Shown in pieces: positions 9,421-17,543 of a stretch of DNA of 33,048 nucleotides. Under the pieces are notes generated by a model, which made no database searches, was not told the origin of the DNA, and saw only the letters and a program-made list of their open reading frames with translations. Numbering within the stretch: the first letter of the stretch is position 1; every line of letters starts with the position of its first letter. The DNA comes from Peptostreptococcales bacterium (GTDB lineage: Bacteria; Bacillota; Clostridia; Peptostreptococcales; Anaerovoracaceae): the NCBI GenBank assembly GCA_038248565.1, contig JBBRXH010000001.1, positions 1-33,048 on the forward strand, read 5' to 3'. Position numbers and translations under genes: made by a program.

Positions 9421-10857
9421 CTATGCTTCAAAATTAAACTTTAACTTGGGATTTCTTGCGGCATTCACCTCGTCCGGCCTTGTCACCGCCTTTGTGATCG
9501 GAGCATTCTTAATGATTTCGGGGTTTTCTATTGCAGTTTTATAGATCTTTCGGTATGCTTCGGCAGCCTCATCCAGAACATCTATGCTTTCCGTCTCAGT
9601 TGGTTCGATCATCAATGCTTCGTGGACGATCATGGGAAAATACATCGTAGGCGGATGCATGCCACTGTCCAGAATAGATTTGGCAATATCCATGGCAGTT
9701 ATCCCATGGGACTTTTTTAGCTCTTCAATACTGATGACAAACTCGTGCATGCATGGGTCCTTGTAGGCAACCTCATAAAGATCTGAAAGCCTTTTCATCA
9801 GATAATTTGCATTGAGTACAGCATTTTGAGAGGCTTCCAAAATACCTTCATGGCCAAGGGTTTCAATGTAAGCAAGGGCTCTTACCACGACAAGAAAGTT
9901 GCCATAAAAGGCTTTGAGCCTACCGATGCTTTCCGGAAGGTCGTCATCAAAACTATAGCTCGCATTTTTTGCGTAATAAGGACGGGGTAAAAATTTCGCC
10001 AGTCTTTCCTTGCAGCCAACGGGGCCGCTTCCTGGTCCACCACCGCCATGAGGCGTCGAGAAAGTCTTGTGCAGATTCAGGTGAATCACGTCAAATCCCA
10101 TATCCCCAGGACGTACGATGCCCATGATCGCATTGAGATTTGCGCCATCATAGTATAAAAGCCCGCCCGCATCATGAATGATTTTAGCAATTTCTTCAAT
10201 ATTCTTTTCAAAAAGGCCCAAGGTATTGGGATTGGTAATCATAAGCCCTGCGGTGTCATCGCCTACGACTTGCTTTAGTTTCTCCGTATCCACATAGCCG
10301 GAACTGGTTGAAGGAACGGTGATCACCGTAAAACCAGCCATGACCGCACTGGCAGGATTCGTACCATGGGCAGAATCAGGTATTATGATTTTGTTGCGTT
10401 TTTCATCATTTCTTGATTTATGGTAAGCTTTGATCAGCAGCAAACCCGTAAATTCTCCCTGGGCTCCCGCTGCAGGCTGAAAGGTCATGTGGTCCATTCC
10501 CGTAATTTCGCAGAGCCGTTCCTCTGCAAGGCATAGCACCTCAAGACAGCCCTGAACCGTGTGTTCAGGCTGCAGTGGATGAATTCCCGAGAATCCTTCA
10601 TAAGCAGCTATTTTCTCATTTACCTTTGGGTTGTATTTCATCGTGCAGGACCCCAGGGGATAGAAGCCATTATTTAGGCCATAGGTCCTGTTTGCAAGCT
10701 CTGTATAATGCCTGGCCAAATCCGTTTCCGAGATTTCAGGCAGTCTCAATGGAGTTTTTCTCCTAAATTTTTCCGGCACCGTTCCGTGAGTCAATTCGCA
10801 TTTTCCCAGGATTTGGGAGCCTCTGCCTTCGCGGCTTTTTTCAAACAGCAGTTTCAT
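9421..10857 (-). CDS. gcvPB: Glycine dehydrogenase (decarboxylating) subunit 2
   Basis: 478 aa with the typical LNLHKTFSTPHGGGGPG PLP-Lys block. The start lies 1 nt after the gcvPA stop. Confidence 0.95.
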   Translation of the reverse strand: MKLLFEKSREGRGSQILGKCELTHGTVPEKFRRKTPLRLPEISETDLARHYTELANRTYGLNNGFYPLGSCTMKYNPKVNEKIAAYEGFSGIHPLQPEHTVQGCLEVLCLAEERLCEITGMDHMTFQPAAGAQGEFTGLLLIKAYHKSRNDEKRNKIIIPDSAHGTNPASAVMAGFTVITVPSTSSGYVDTEKLKQVVGDDTAGLMITNPNTLGLFEKNIEEIAKIIHDAGGLLYYDGANLNAIMGIVRPGDMGFDVIHLNLHKTFSTPHGGGGPGSGPVGCKERLAKFLPRPYYAKNASYSFDDDLPESIGRLKAFYGNFLVVVRALAYIETLGHEGILEASQNAVLNANYLMKRLSDLYEVAYKDPCMHEFVISIEELKKSHGITAMDIAKSILDSGMHPPTMYFPMIVHEALMIEPTETESIDVLDEAAEAYRKIYKTAIENPEIIKNAPITKAVTRPDEVNAARNPKLKFNFEA

Positions 10858-10858
10858 T

Positions 10859-12184
10859 TTAGATCGCCCCCTTTAGAATACCGACCAGTTCGTCAATTTC
10901 AGCCTTAGTATTTACCTCGGTGACGCACCAAAGGATGCCGCCATTTTCTTCTTCTTTAAGCGGATAGCCCCCTAAGATGCCTCTTTCCTCAAGCCTCGAC
11001 ATGAGATCTTCATAAGGGAGTGGGCATTTTGTCACAAACTCATTGAAGAAGTCGCCTTTATATTCGAGTTCAAATCCAGCTATCTTAGAAATCTCCGAAG
11101 CCGCATATTGGGCTTTGGCCATGCAGTGATCGGCTACCTCAGCTATGCCTTTCGGCCCCATAGCAGCCATATAGGCGGAAGCCGTCAGAGCGCATAGTGC
11201 TTGGTTGGAGCAGATGCTGCTGGACGCCTTTTCTCTTCTGATGTGCTGCTCTCTCGCCTGAAGTGTCAGCACGAAGGCTCTTTTCCCGTTTGTATCCACC
11301 GTCTCTCCCACAATTCTTCCCGGAAGTTTTCTTGTCATGGATTCCCTGCAGGCCATGAACCCCAGATAGGGACCTCCGAAGGCGAGCTTCATGCCAAGGG
11401 GCTGCCCTTCTCCGACGGCGATATCCGCATCCCATTCGCGGGGAGTCTTTAGGATTGCAAGGGAAATCGGGTTGACGCCCATAATATATTTAGCAGAAGC
11501 TTTATGGGTTATTTCTCCTATTTTAGCAGCATCCTCCAACAGCCCATAATAATTCGGCTGCTGAACATAGACGCAGGCAACACTATCGTCAAGAGACAGC
11601 GCAAGCACATCTATATTCGTCAATCCCTCTTTTTTGGGGATGATGACCACTTCCATACCCGATGCTTCGCAGTAGGTTTTGACCACCTGAATCGTCTGGG
11701 GATGAACTGCCGCCGATATAACCACCTTGTTTTTACCCCGGTCCCTGCACATCAGGGCCGCCTCGGCAGCTGCTGTTGCACCATCATAAACTGAAGCATT
11801 AGAAACATCCATTCCGGTCAATTCACAAATCATAGTCTGATATTCAAAAATAGACTGCAGCAAACCCTGACTTATTTCTGCCTGGTAAGGGGTATAAGCC
11901 GTCACAAATTCTTCTTTGGCAGCGATATGCTTTACCACAGAAGGTATGTAGTGATTGTAGGCGCCCGCTCCTCTGAATAGGGTTTTAAAGACGGTATTTT
12001 TTGCTGCTAGGGCTTCCATTTTACTGCAGACATCCATTTCCGAAAGTCCACTCGGAATGCCGAGGGGCCTGTTAAGTTTGACCTTCTCCGGAATGTGGGT
12101 GAAAAGATCATCCATGGTTTTCTTTCCGATAAACGCCAGCATTTTTTGCCTTTCAGCGGCTGAAGACGGCACATAAGTCCCCAT
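10859..12184 (-). CDS. gcvPA: Glycine dehydrogenase (decarboxylating) subunit 1
   Basis: 441 aa. YIPSVVKHI and TAYTPYQAEISQG blocks typical of the P-protein alpha subunit. Confidence 0.95.
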   Translation of the reverse strand: MGTYVPSSAAERQKMLAFIGKKTMDDLFTHIPEKVKLNRPLGIPSGLSEMDVCSKMEALAAKNTVFKTLFRGAGAYNHYIPSVVKHIAAKEEFVTAYTPYQAEISQGLLQSIFEYQTMICELTGMDVSNASVYDGATAAAEAALMCRDRGKNKVVISAAVHPQTIQVVKTYCEASGMEVVIIPKKEGLTNIDVLALSLDDSVACVYVQQPNYYGLLEDAAKIGEITHKASAKYIMGVNPISLAILKTPREWDADIAVGEGQPLGMKLAFGGPYLGFMACRESMTRKLPGRIVGETVDTNGKRAFVLTLQAREQHIRREKASSSICSNQALCALTASAYMAAMGPKGIAEVADHCMAKAQYAASEISKIAGFELEYKGDFFNEFVTKCPLPYEDLMSRLEERGILGGYPLKEEENGGILWCVTEVNTKAEIDELVGILKGAI

Positions 12185-12186
12185 TG

Positions 12187-12567
12187 TTATACCTCTTTCT
12201 CTACCAATTCTTCGTAGTCTTCTGCTGACAGCAACTCCTGCATTTCGGTGATATCGCTGATCTCTGCGATCCAGGAGTCATAAGGCGCATTATTTAGAAG
12301 TTCCGGTGAATCCTGCACCTCCGTGTTTACTTTTGAGATAATGCCGGCCATTGGGCTGAAAATGTCGGAAACAGCTTTTACAGACTCTACGTCGGCAATG
12401 TTGTCCCCGATGCCAATTTTGAGACCCTCGCTTTGGATGTTGACAAATACTACGTTTCCCAAATTATGCTGCGCGAAATCCGTAATGCCTATGATAGCCG
12501 TATTTTTGTCGATTTGTCTCACCCATTCATGATCCTTGGTGTACTTGAGTTCTTTTGGAATGTTCAT
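12187..12567 (-). CDS. gcvH: Glycine cleavage system lipoyl carrier protein H
   Basis: 126 aa from the ATG at 12567 (GGAGGAAAT upstream, 1 nt after the gcvT stop). YTKDHEWV motif and lipoyl-lysine context VESVKAVSDI. Confidence 0.93.
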   Translation of the reverse strand: MNIPKELKYTKDHEWVRQIDKNTAIIGITDFAQHNLGNVVFVNIQSEGLKIGIGDNIADVESVKAVSDIFSPMAGIISKVNTEVQDSPELLNNAPYDSWIAEISDITEMQELLSAEDYEELVEKEV

Positions 12568-12568
12568 G

Positions 12569-13666
12569 TTAATTTCCTCCTTGGTTTTTTTTATAAAACG
12601 GCAGTTTGACAATCTCTGCAGAAATCATTCTGCCCCTAACATCTATTTGAAGAACTGTGCCTAATGCGCTATGGGAAACATCTATAATAGCCATGGCAAT
12701 GGCATAATTGAGATAGGGCGCATAGGTCCCCGATGTGGTGATGCCGATTTCCGCATCATTAAAATAGACCTTGGCTCCTTCTCTTACGATACCCCGATCG
12801 ATCACCTTAAGGCCGATCCGTTTTTTGCTTACAGATATTTTTCTGGCTATGGCACTTTTACCGATAAAGCCTTGCTTGTCCATCTTTACAAATGGCCCCA
12901 GGTCCGACTCCAGTGGTGTAAACTCGTCGTTCATCTCATGGCCATAAAGAGGCATGGCCGCCTCAAGCCGAAGGGTATCCCGGGCCCCAAGTCCTGCGGG
13001 GATCAGTCCGAATTCTTCTCCTGCTTCAAGAAGGCTATCCCAGAGCTTCGGCGCATCAGCGGGTTTGCAGTAAATCTCAAAGCCATCCTCTCCCGTATAT
13101 CCGGTTCTGGAGACTATGCACTCAAAGCCGGCCACATTGGCTTTTGGAATAAAGCTGTAATATTTTGTAGGAATCTGCTGTTCTACCATAAGTTTTTTTA
13201 GAATATCCAAAGACCTCGGTCCCTGAAGGGCTATCTGTGCGAAGTCATCGGACACATCTGAAAACTCGACGTCTCCAAAAATATTCTGTTTTATCCAGCT
13301 TACATCTTTGTTTCTATTGGAAGCGTTGATTACAAGCATATAGTCCTCTTCTCCACTTTTATAGACCAGCAGGTCATCGACGATGCCTCCTTCAAAATTA
13401 CACATCGGACTATAGCGGACCTGACCATCAATCATAGTCTGAAAGTCATTCGTAAGCAGATATTGGAGATTCGCAAGGGCGTCCTTTCCTTTTAATATGA
13501 CCTCTCCCATATGGGAAACATCAAAGAGTCCCGCTTTGGTGCGCACTGCATTATGCTCCGCAATAACCCCGGTCTCATATTGTACCGGTAGCAGATAACC
13601 GGCAAAGGCGACTATTTTGCCTCCGCACACGACATGATTCTGATACAAGGGTGTTTTTAATTCCAT
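12569..13666 (-). CDS. gcvT: Aminomethyltransferase (glycine cleavage T protein)
   Basis: 365 aa. [16 protein letters not shown] and [12 protein letters not shown] blocks. Confidence 0.95.
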   Translation of the reverse strand: MELKTPLYQNHVVCGGKIVAFAGYLLPVQYETGVIAEHNAVRTKAGLFDVSHMGEVILKGKDALANLQYLLTNDFQTMIDGQVRYSPMCNFEGGIVDDLLVYKSGEEDYMLVINASNRNKDVSWIKQNIFGDVEFSDVSDDFAQIALQGPRSLDILKKLMVEQQIPTKYYSFIPKANVAGFECIVSRTGYTGEDGFEIYCKPADAPKLWDSLLEAGEEFGLIPAGLGARDTLRLEAAMPLYGHEMNDEFTPLESDLGPFVKMDKQGFIGKSAIARKISVSKKRIGLKVIDRGIVREGAKVYFNDAEIGITTSGTYAPYLNYAIAMAIIDVSHSALGTVLQIDVRGRMISAEIVKLPFYKKNQGGN

Positions 13667-13695
13667 GACTATGCCTCCTTATTTCTTAGCTTTAA

Positions 13696-14535
13696 TCACA
13701 TACCTGCGTGGTATGAACTTCTCACCAAGGGCCCGGACATGACATTTTTAAAGCCCATTGATAAGGCGATTTCACGATATTTCTTAAACAGATCCGGATG
13801 GATATAGGCAATGATCGGATAATGATCCTTAGATGGCGCCAGGTATTGGCCCATGGTCAGAAAATCACACCCGACCTTTCTCAGGTCCCCGAGAACCTCT
13901 AAAACCTCTTCAAATTCTTCGCCAAAACCCAGCATGATACCTGATTTTGTGATAATAGCGGAATCTTTGCTCCTGACCTTTTTTAGGAGCTCCAAAGAGC
14001 GCTCATAGCCAGCCATGGGTCTTACCCCAGAGTATAACCTGGGAACGGTCTCGATATTGTGGTTGATAATATCCGGACCGGCGCAGATTACTGTATTAAG
14101 GGATTCCGTATTCCCTTTAAAGTCCGGAATCAGTACCTCTATGGTCATATCTGGATTTATTTTCCTTGCCGCAAGGATAACCTGGGCGAAATGCCCTGCG
14201 CCGCCATCAGCCAGATCGTCTCTGGTGACAGAAGTGACGACTAAATGTTTAATGCCCAACGCTTTTGCCGCCTCAGCGACTTTTGAAGGTTCCTGCGAAT
14301 CTAAAGGCGTGGGCGACCCTTTGGTCACAACGCAAAAGCTGCAATTTCTTGTGCAGACATTTCCAAGAATCATAAAGGTTGCCGTCTTTCGGTTAAAACA
14401 CTCCATCCGGTTAGGGCAGTTGGCCTCTTCACAAACCGTATTCAGATCAAATCTGCGGAGTACCTTTTTCACCTCTCCGGAAATTTCGCCGCCTTCTATT
14501 TTAATTTTCAGCCATTCCGGCTTTCTCAGATACAT
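13696..14535 (-). CDS. lipA: Lipoyl synthase (radical SAM)
   Basis: 279 aa. N-terminal [12 protein letters not shown] cluster and radical-SAM CTRNCSFC motif. RBS GAGGAG. Confidence 0.95.
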   Translation of the reverse strand: MYLRKPEWLKIKIEGGEISGEVKKVLRRFDLNTVCEEANCPNRMECFNRKTATFMILGNVCTRNCSFCVVTKGSPTPLDSQEPSKVAEAAKALGIKHLVVTSVTRDDLADGGAGHFAQVILAARKINPDMTIEVLIPDFKGNTESLNTVICAGPDIINHNIETVPRLYSGVRPMAGYERSLELLKKVRSKDSAIITKSGIMLGFGEEFEEVLEVLGDLRKVGCDFLTMGQYLAPSKDHYPIIAYIHPDLFKKYREIALSMGFKNVMSGPLVRSSYHAGM

Positions 14536-14556
14536 ATCCCTGCTCCTCTTTCAATG

Positions 14557-14609
14557 AGTTAAAAAGACCAAATTAGTTAAAAAGACCATAATTTTAGTTA
14601 AAAAGACCA
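14557..14609. repeat. Three direct copies of a 14-nt unit AGTTAAAAAGACCA (minus strand TGGTCTTTTTAACT)
   Basis: Exact copies at 14557..14570, 14575..14588 and 14596..14609. The third copy encodes the last residues and stop of lplA (GLFN*). The other two fill the lplA-lipA spacer. Confidence 0.85.
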
Positions 14610-15577
14610 AAAATCAGGTCATCCAGCGTAATGGCGGAAAGATACCTTCCCACATCGCAATCCTTCAGGGTTTTTCGCACATCTTCCTCCGAATACCTGA
14701 TTCCCTTGAGCTTGCTTTCCAGCTCGGAGGTCTCCAGTTCACCGAAGAAATCGCCAAACAATTTTATATCTTTAATGACGCCTTTTTCAATATTCAGGTT
14801 AAACTCTACTATGCCGCCGTCGAATTTTTTTGTATTGGAAAAAGAATACTTTGGGAAATGGCCAAAATTCCATTCCCAGCTTGCATATTTTTCCGTTGCT
14901 ATCTTATCGATCCTTACCAGGTCATTTTGGGAAAAACTATAAACCTCAGTGATGTCGTAAGACTCCATGACCTTCCGCTTTAAGAAGTCTTTAAATTCAA
15001 GGACGGTCATCGGAGATTTTAGGTGGCTTCCTATGTTAGTCACGCGGCTGAAAACAGACTTGACGCTTTTATACTGAAATTTGATGGGATCAGGTTTAAG
15101 CGCCGCTGACAGATTCGTCAGATTGCCTGAAAACAGCAGAGTTCCATGGTGAAGCAGTCTGTTTTTATAAAGATATTGGGCATTGCCCGAGAATTTTTTG
15201 CCTTCGATGGTGATATCATTACGGCCTGAAAATTTGGCTTCTATTTCCAGCTTCTTTAAGACTTCTATGATGGGCGCCGCGAATTTTTTGAAATTGATGA
15301 CTGCATCATTCTCCTTGTTCGTAATAAAGGTAAAGTTAATGTTGCCCATATCATTAAAAACAGAACCTCCGCCAGTGATCCTTCTCGTTATTTTGATGGC
15401 GTTTTCTTTCACATACTCCATATCGATTTCCGAATAGGCATTCTGATTTTTCCCGATCAATACACAATGCTCACTTTGCCAAAGCATGAAGAACTCATCC
15501 TGTGAATTTTTAAGCAGGTATTCTTCGATGGCATGATTGACGCAGGGATCTGTGCTTTTTGACTCTATATAGAACAT
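14594..15577 (-). CDS. lplA: Lipoate-protein ligase A
   Basis: 327 aa from the ATG at 15577 (AGGAGGAG upstream). The longer 15655 start would run through the riboswitch terminator. RRITGGGSVFND and GKKFSGNAQ (lipoyl-AMP Lys) blocks. Confidence 0.9.
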   Translation of the reverse strand: MFYIESKSTDPCVNHAIEEYLLKNSQDEFFMLWQSEHCVLIGKNQNAYSEIDMEYVKENAIKITRRITGGGSVFNDMGNINFTFITNKENDAVINFKKFAAPIIEVLKKLEIEAKFSGRNDITIEGKKFSGNAQYLYKNRLLHHGTLLFSGNLTNLSAALKPDPIKFQYKSVKSVFSRVTNIGSHLKSPMTVLEFKDFLKRKVMESYDITEVYSFSQNDLVRIDKIATEKYASWEWNFGHFPKYSFSNTKKFDGGIVEFNLNIEKGVIKDIKLFGDFFGELETSELESKLKGIRYSEEDVRKTLKDCDVGRYLSAITLDDLIFGLFN

Positions 15578-15596
15578 ACTATCTCCTCCTGAATAC

Positions 15597-15626
15597 AAAA
15601 AAGCAGAAAGCATTAATGCCTTCTGC
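15597..15626 (-). terminator. Intrinsic terminator, expression platform of the glycine riboswitch
   Basis: Minus strand GCAGAAGGCA-UUAA-UGCUUUCUGC forms a 10 bp stem (one G-U) followed by UUUUUUG. Its 5' flank overlaps the CAGAG 3' strand of aptamer-2 P1. Confidence 0.8.
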
Positions 15627-15793
15627 TCTGTTATGAACCTGAGAGATTCTTTCAATCACTTGAAATTGCCCCGTCGGTGCTTGCGCTTTCCAGAGTTTTG
15701 TCCAATCACGGTCCATTTACCTGAGATCATCGCTGATAGTATGGCTACCTATCAGTTTATTCCTTCGGCGCTGCTTTTAGCAGACTCTCCCGC
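15626..15793 (-). promoter_or_regulatory. Tandem glycine riboswitch (two aptamers)
   Basis: Aptamer 1 on the minus strand reads GCGGGAGAGUCUGCUAAAAGCAGCGCCGAAGGAAUAAAC...AUCUCAGGUAAAUGGACCG. Aptamer 2 reads CUCUGGAAAGCGCAAGCACCGACGGGGCAAUUUCAAGUGAUUGAAAGAAUCUCUCAGGUUCAUAACAGAG. Both carry the GGAGAG/CUCUGGA, CNCCGAAGG/CACCGACGGGGCAA and CUCAGG consensus blocks. Confidence 0.88.
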
Positions 15794-15826
15794 AATCTTC
15801 ATCCAAATGATTTATTCATTTGGCTA

Positions 15827-15855
15827 ATAATACCATACACTTCTTCGGTATGCAA
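15827..15855 (-). promoter_or_regulatory. Promoter candidate for the riboswitch-lplA-lipA-gcv operon
   Basis: Minus strand TTGCAT (15855..15850), 17-nt spacer, TATTAT (15832..15827), with TGG immediately upstream of the -10 (extended -10 TGn). Confidence 0.5.
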
Positions 15856-15901
15856 GGCCCAGTCGTGTTTCCATCCTTGAATATCGGGTAAAAAAAATAT
15901 A

Positions 15902-15910
15902 TGATATAAT
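15902..15910 (+). promoter_or_regulatory. Extended -10 element upstream of the CoA-binding protein gene
   Basis: TGATATAAT (TGnTATAAT). There is no good -35 at 17 nt. Confidence 0.35.
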
Positions 15911-15986
15911 TCAGAGATTAAATTTTTATACTGCTTATAGAATGAAATTTACCCTGTAGATTTCTAAAGGACATAGGAGGTTTGCC

Positions 15987-16385
15987 ATGTCGAAAAGTTC
16001 ATTGATCTGCGAAATGCTGGATAAAAAAGTCTGGGCTGTGGTAGGCGCAACGCCTAATTGTGAGAAGACGGCCAATCACATATTCAATATGCTGCTTAGG
16101 CAGGGTTATGACGTCTATGCCGTCAATCCGAATTATGACGAAATGGAGCCGGGGATCCCCTGCTATCATTCCATCGAAGAACTGCCCAAAGTCCCCGAGG
16201 TCATCGACTTCGTTATTCCGCCAGCCGTTACCCTTGCTACGCTTCAGAAAATTGACCCCTGCGTCATCAAAAACCTCTGGTTTCAGCCCGGAACCTTCAA
16301 CCCGGAAGTACTGAAATTCGCCGAGGAAAAAGGCTTCGACTTTATCGGAGATGGCTCCTGCGTCATGGTTGAACTGAGGGCATAA
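15987..16385 (+). CDS. CoA-binding domain protein (YccU/YneT-like, CoA_binding_2)
   Basis: 132 aa. KVWAVVGATPN...ANHIFNMLLRQGYDVYAVNPNY Rossmann-like N-terminus. RBS AGGAGG. Confidence 0.75.
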   Translation: MSKSSLICEMLDKKVWAVVGATPNCEKTANHIFNMLLRQGYDVYAVNPNYDEMEPGIPCYHSIEELPKVPEVIDFVIPPAVTLATLQKIDPCVIKNLWFQPGTFNPEVLKFAEEKGFDFIGDGSCVMVELRA

Positions 16386-17361
16386 AATCCGCTGCCATTT
16401 GCTCCCGAATCCACTTATAGGTCTTCCTAATGCCTTCTTGAAGCGGCCTCTCCGGCTTCCAATCCAGCTTTTCATAAATCAGACGGTTATCTGATTTTCT
16501 GCCGCGAACGCCCTGGGGCCCTTCAATACAATTGACATTAAGTGCTTTGCCGGATTCTGCGATGATCATCTGTGCCAGATCGTAAATCGTGATTAACTCT
16601 TCAGATCCTATATTGACCGGTTCTGAAAAATCAGAGTCCATCAATCTGAGGACCCCATCGATGCATTCATCTATATAGAGAAATGTGCGGCTCTGTTTTC
16701 CATCGCCCCAGATATCGATGCTTCCGCCGTTTTCGGCGGCTGCAGTTTTTCTGCATAATGCCGCCGGGGCTTTTTCTTTGCCACCCCGCCATGTCCCAAG
16801 GGGACCGAATATATTGTGGAATCTTGCAATACGTACATCCAGGTTGTAATTCCGCTGATAGGCTTTATATAAGCGTTCACTAAAGAGTTTTTCCCACCCA
16901 TATTCGCTATCCGGTTCTGCCGGATAGGCTGAAAGTTCATTACAAATCGGATTATCCGGATCCTCCTGGTTATATTTCGGATAGATGCAGGCAGAAGATG
17001 AGTAAAATATTTTTGTTACCTTTTTACTTCTGCAGGCTTCAAGCATATTCAAATTAATCATGGCAGAATTATGCATGATATTAGCATCGTTGTCCCCGGT
17101 AAAAACATATCCGGCTCCGCCCATATCAGCCGCCAGCTGATAGAGTTCGTCAAATTCATTTTCTGCGATCCTCATGCAAAATTCCGGATCACGAAGATCG
17201 CCAATCACGAAATTATCGGCATCGGTATGTTCAAATTCTGGCCATTTCAGGTCAACGCCCGTTACCCAATACCCCAATGATTTCAGTCGCTTAACCAGAT
17301 GATGTCCAATAAATCCTCCTGCTCCGGTTACCAGAGCTCTCTTGCTGTAGCTGTTTTCCAT
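16363..17361 (-). CDS. NAD-dependent sugar-nucleotide epimerase, GDP-mannose 3,5-epimerase-like (extended SDR)
   Basis: 332 aa. TGAGGFIGHH, ADMGG, SSACIYP, YGWEKL (YxxxK), RFHNIFGPLGTWRGGKEKAPAALCRK and IDECIDGVLRLM are near-colinear with the plant/bacterial GME blocks I recall. RBS GGAGG. Confidence 0.8.
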   Translation of the reverse strand: MENSYSKRALVTGAGGFIGHHLVKRLKSLGYWVTGVDLKWPEFEHTDADNFVIGDLRDPEFCMRIAENEFDELYQLAADMGGAGYVFTGDNDANIMHNSAMINLNMLEACRSKKVTKIFYSSSACIYPKYNQEDPDNPICNELSAYPAEPDSEYGWEKLFSERLYKAYQRNYNLDVRIARFHNIFGPLGTWRGGKEKAPAALCRKTAAAENGGSIDIWGDGKQSRTFLYIDECIDGVLRLMDSDFSEPVNIGSEELITIYDLAQMIIAESGKALNVNCIEGPQGVRGRKSDNRLIYEKLDWKPERPLQEGIRKTYKWIREQMAADFMPSVQP

Positions 17362-17414
17362 TTTTCAGACCTCCAATATGTCGTGAAATAGAATCTCCAA
17401 AGTTTTTTTATTTG

Positions 17415-17443
17415 ATTATATCCTTTCGGAAGACTCATTTCAA
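17415..17443 (-). promoter_or_regulatory. Promoter candidate for the epimerase gene
   Basis: Minus strand TTGAAA (17443..17438), 17-nt spacer, TATAAT (17420..17415). Confidence 0.45.
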
Positions 17444-17483
17444 TTCAAAGCGCAAACTCCGAGTTCCAGCGCATCTTTGCCTA

Positions 17484-17512
17484 TTGACAAAAGAACATAC
17501 GTTCGTTATTAT
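17484..17512 (+). promoter_or_regulatory. SOS promoter with LexA (Cheo) box in the spacer
   Basis: TTGACA (17484..17489), 17-nt spacer, TATTAT (17507..17512). The spacer contains AGAACATACGTTCG (17492..17505), which matches the Gram-positive LexA consensus CGAAC-N4-GTTCG. Confidence 0.7.
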
Positions 17513-17543
17513 AGAGTTACTCCCAGAATGCGAGGTAACTCTT

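Noticed and set aside
12671-13201. Long antisense ORFs inside gcvT (12671..13201), lipA (14015..14557), the PGDH-like gene (9036..9437) and the multi-PAS gene (26683..27123, 26942..27379).
   Set aside because: All lie opposite genes with strong family signatures, and none has an RBS or a recognisable domain. I treat them as frame shadows.
15999-16475. 158-aa minus-strand ORF antisense to the CoA-binding protein gene.
   Set aside because: Shadow ORF. It has no RBS and an Arg/Gly/Phe-rich composition typical of antisense frames. It would also collide with the epimerase 3' end.
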